Shown piece by piece: positions 61,402 to 63,631 of a DNA stretch of 63,631 nucleotides. A program made the translations under genes and the position numbers. The stretch comes from Actinomycetota bacterium (GTDB taxonomy: Bacteria > Actinomycetota > Acidimicrobiia > IMCC26256 > PALSA-555). The first letter of the stretch is position 1, and every line of letters begins with the position of its first letter. The stretch is taken from contig VGBI01000004.1 of the NCBI GenBank assembly GCA_016870595.1, positions 1 to 63,631 on the forward strand, in the 5' to 3' direction. The notes under the pieces were generated by a model that ran no database searches, had not been told where the DNA came from, and saw nothing but the letters and a program-made list of their open reading frames with translations.

Positions 61402-63504
61402 ATGGCCGACGAGAAAGCACTCATCCGCGAGGTGCCGCTGCACCGCGTGCGCAACATCGGGATCATGGCCCACATCGACGCGGGCAAGACCACGACGACC
61501 GAGCGCATCCTCTACTACACGGGTCGGACCTACAAGATCGGTGAAGTCCACGAGGGTGCTGCGGTCATGGACTGGATGGTCCAGGAGCAGGAGCGCGGCA
61601 TCACCATCACCAGTGCGGCGACCACCTGCAACTGGCGTGACACCACGATCAACATCATCGACACCCCGGGCCACGTCGACTTCACGGTCGAGGTCGAGCG
61701 CTCGCTGCGGGTCCTCGACGGGGCGGTCGCCGTGTTCGACGCCGTCGCCGGGGTCGAGCCACAGACCGAGACGGTGTGGCGCCAGGCCAACAAGTACAAC
61801 GTCCCGCGGATGTGCTTCGTCAACAAGATGGACCGGGTCGGGGCCGACTTCTTCCGTTGCGTCGACATGATCAAGGACCGCCTCGACGCCACTGTGGCCC
61901 TGATCCAGCTCCCGATCGGCGTGGAGAGCGAGTTCCAGGGCGTCGTGGACCTGCTCGGGATGCAGGCCCTCGTCTGGTCCGACCAGATGGGCGAGAACTA
62001 CGAGACCGTCGCCATCCCGGCCGACCTGGTCGACGAGGCCGAGACCTGGCGCCAGGAGCTCATCGACGTCGTCAGCCAGTTCGACGAGACCGTGCTCGAG
62101 AAGTACGTCGGTGAGGAGACGATCACCGCCGACGACCTCCAGAGCGCGATCCGGGCCGCCACGCTGTCGGGCGAGGTCGTGCCGATCCTCTGCGGCACGG
62201 CGTTCAAGAACAAGGGCGTCCAGCCCCTCCTCGACGCGGTGGTCGACTACCTCCCGAGCCCGGTCGACATCCCCGCCGTGGTCGGCTCGAGCATGAAGAA
62301 CGAGGAGGAGGCCCTCTCCCGTCAGCCCGCCGACGAGGAGCCCTTCGCGGCGCTGGCCTTCAAGATCATGAGCGACCCCTACGTGGGCAAGCTCACCTAC
62401 TTCCGCGTCTACTCCGGCAAGCTCTCGGCCGGGGCCCAGGTCCTCAACGCCACCAAGGACAAGAAGGAGCGGGTCGGGCGCGTCCTCCAGATGCACGCCA
62501 ACCACCGCGAGGACAAGGACGGCGTGTTCGCCGGCGACATCGTCGCCGCGGTGGGTCTGAAGAACACCACCACCGGTGACACTCTCTGCGACCCCGGCAA
62601 CCCGATCGTGCTCGAGCGCATGGAGTTCCCCGCGCCGGTGATCTCCGTGGCGATCGAGCCCAAGACCAAGGTCGACCAGGACAAGCTGGGCAAGGCGCTC
62701 GCGGCCCTGTCGGAGGAGGACCCGACCTTCCAGGTCCGCACCGACGAGGAGACCGGTCAGACGATCATCTCGGGGATGGGCGAGCTCCACCTCGACGTCC
62801 TCGTCGACCGGATGACCCGGGAGTTCTCGGTCGCCGCCAACGTGGGCAAGCCCCAGGTCGCCTACCGGGAGACCATCACCAACACGGTCGAGAAGGTCGA
62901 GGAGCGCTACGTGCGCCAGACCGGCGGTCGCGGCCAGTACGGCCACGTGGTCATCAGCCTCGAGCCCACCGGGCCCGGCGGTGGCTACGAGTTCGTCGAC
63001 AAGATCGTCGGCGGGGTCATCCCGAAGGAGTACATCCCGGCCGTCGACGCCGGGATCCAGGAGGCGCTCGAGGGCGGGGTCCTCGCCGGCTACCCGCTGG
63101 TGGACATCCGGGCGACCCTGACCTTCGGGTCCTACCACGACGTCGACTCGAGCGAGATGGCGTTCAAGATCGCCGGATCCATGGCCCTGAAGAAGGCCGT
63201 CCGCCAGGCCAAGCCGGTCCTGCTCGAGCCGATCATGCAGGTCGAGGTCGTCACCCCCGAGGACTACATGGGCGACGTCATCGGCGACCTGTCGTCCCGC
63301 CGGGGCAAGGTCGAGGGCATGGAGCAGCGGGGCAACGCCCAGGTCGTCCGGGCGCAGGTGCCCCTCAGCGAGATGTTCGGCTACGCTACCGACCTCCGTT
63401 CGCGCACCCAGGGGCGCGCGACGTACACCATGCAGTTCGACTCCTACCAGCAGGTACCGGAGTCGATCGCCACCGAGATCGTGGCCCGCGTCCGGGGCGA
63501 ATAG
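61402..63504 (+). CDS. fusA: translation elongation factor G
   Basis: 700 aa. [35 protein letters not shown] and [10 protein letters not shown] are canonical EF-G. Confidence 0.98.
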   Translation: MADEKALIREVPLHRVRNIGIMAHIDAGKTTTTERILYYTGRTYKIGEVHEGAAVMDWMVQEQERGITITSAATTCNWRDTTINIIDTPGHVDFTVEVERSLRVLDGAVAVFDAVAGVEPQTETVWRQANKYNVPRMCFVNKMDRVGADFFRCVDMIKDRLDATVALIQLPIGVESEFQGVVDLLGMQALVWSDQMGENYETVAIPADLVDEAETWRQELIDVVSQFDETVLEKYVGEETITADDLQSAIRAATLSGEVVPILCGTAFKNKGVQPLLDAVVDYLPSPVDIPAVVGSSMKNEEEALSRQPADEEPFAALAFKIMSDPYVGKLTYFRVYSGKLSAGAQVLNATKDKKERVGRVLQMHANHREDKDGVFAGDIVAAVGLKNTTTGDTLCDPGNPIVLERMEFPAPVISVAIEPKTKVDQDKLGKALAALSEEDPTFQVRTDEETGQTIISGMGELHLDVLVDRMTREFSVAANVGKPQVAYRETITNTVEKVEERYVRQTGGRGQYGHVVISLEPTGPGGGYEFVDKIVGGVIPKEYIPAVDAGIQEALEGGVLAGYPLVDIRATLTFGSYHDVDSSEMAFKIAGSMALKKAVRQAKPVLLEPIMQVEVVTPEDYMGDVIGDLSSRRGKVEGMEQRGNAQVVRAQVPLSEMFGYATDLRSRTQGRATYTMQFDSYQQVPESIATEIVARVRGE

Positions 63505-63570
63505 CCCCCGCAGGTCCATTCCAGTTCCGTCCGGGTCCAGAAGAACCCTTCACCAAGCGAGGCAACGGCA

Positions 63571-63631
63571 ATGGCCAAGGCGAAGTTTGAGCGTACGAAG
63601 CCGCATTTGAACATTGGGACGATTGGTCATA
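63571..63631 (+). CDS. tuf: translation elongation factor Tu, second copy (5' end only; runs off the window)
   Basis: The 61 nt from the ATG at 63571 are identical base for base to 46031..46091 ([20 protein letters not shown]). It occupies the canonical str-operon position after fusA. Confidence 0.93.
   Translation, partial: MAKAKFERTKPHLNIGTIGH

Overview
The window is a 63.6-kb, visibly very GC-rich core chromosome segment. Gene order and protein signatures point to a high-GC Actinomycetota genome, possibly Acidimicrobiia-like (inference only). All calls come from reading the ORF translations and DNA by eye; no searches or folding programs were run.

Content, left to right:
- The 3' end of a c-type cytochrome gene and two membrane-protein ORFs.
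- A minus-strand tetrapyrrole operon: sirC-like, hemA, hemC, cobA/hemD fusion, hemB, hemL. A perfect 5 x 32-bp palindromic tandem repeat interrupts it.
- A canonical 14-gene complex I operon (nuoA-N), preceded by an unknown membrane protein.
- rpiA and a divergently oriented patatin-like lipase.
- A second, strongly diverged 11-gene complex-I-like operon (nuoA,B,C,D,H,I,J,K,L,M,N with no nuoE/F/G), followed directly by a MidA/NDUFAF7-type methyltransferase.
- acs, a HAD phosphatase, an EamA transporter, yajQ and tRNA-Tyr.
- A lipoprotein translationally abutted to an atypical FtsH-like AAA/M41 protease, and a GNAT acetyltransferase.
- The translation/transcription supercluster: tRNA-Thr, tRNA-Met, tuf, rpmG, an ECF sigma/anti-sigma pair, tRNA-Trp, secE, nusG, rplK, rplA, rplJ, rplL, rpoB, rpoC, rpsL, rpsG, fusA and the start of a second tuf copy.

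No mobile elements, CRISPR arrays, rRNA genes or defence islands were seen.

Most interesting observations:
1. The EFG-less second complex has a NuoD that keeps the arginine methylated by NDUFAF7 in mitochondria, while the canonical NuoD has Thr there. The same NuoD replaces the quinone-ligating Tyr by Trp, and a MidA homologue lies next door.
2. The 32-bp hairpin repeat array sits inside the hem operon.
3. tuf has a sharply aberrant G/T-ending codon usage, and its 5' end is duplicated identically 17.5 kb away.
4. The FtsH-like protease has four N-terminal TM helices, a large insert ending in a Gly10 run, and a non-aromatic pore loop.
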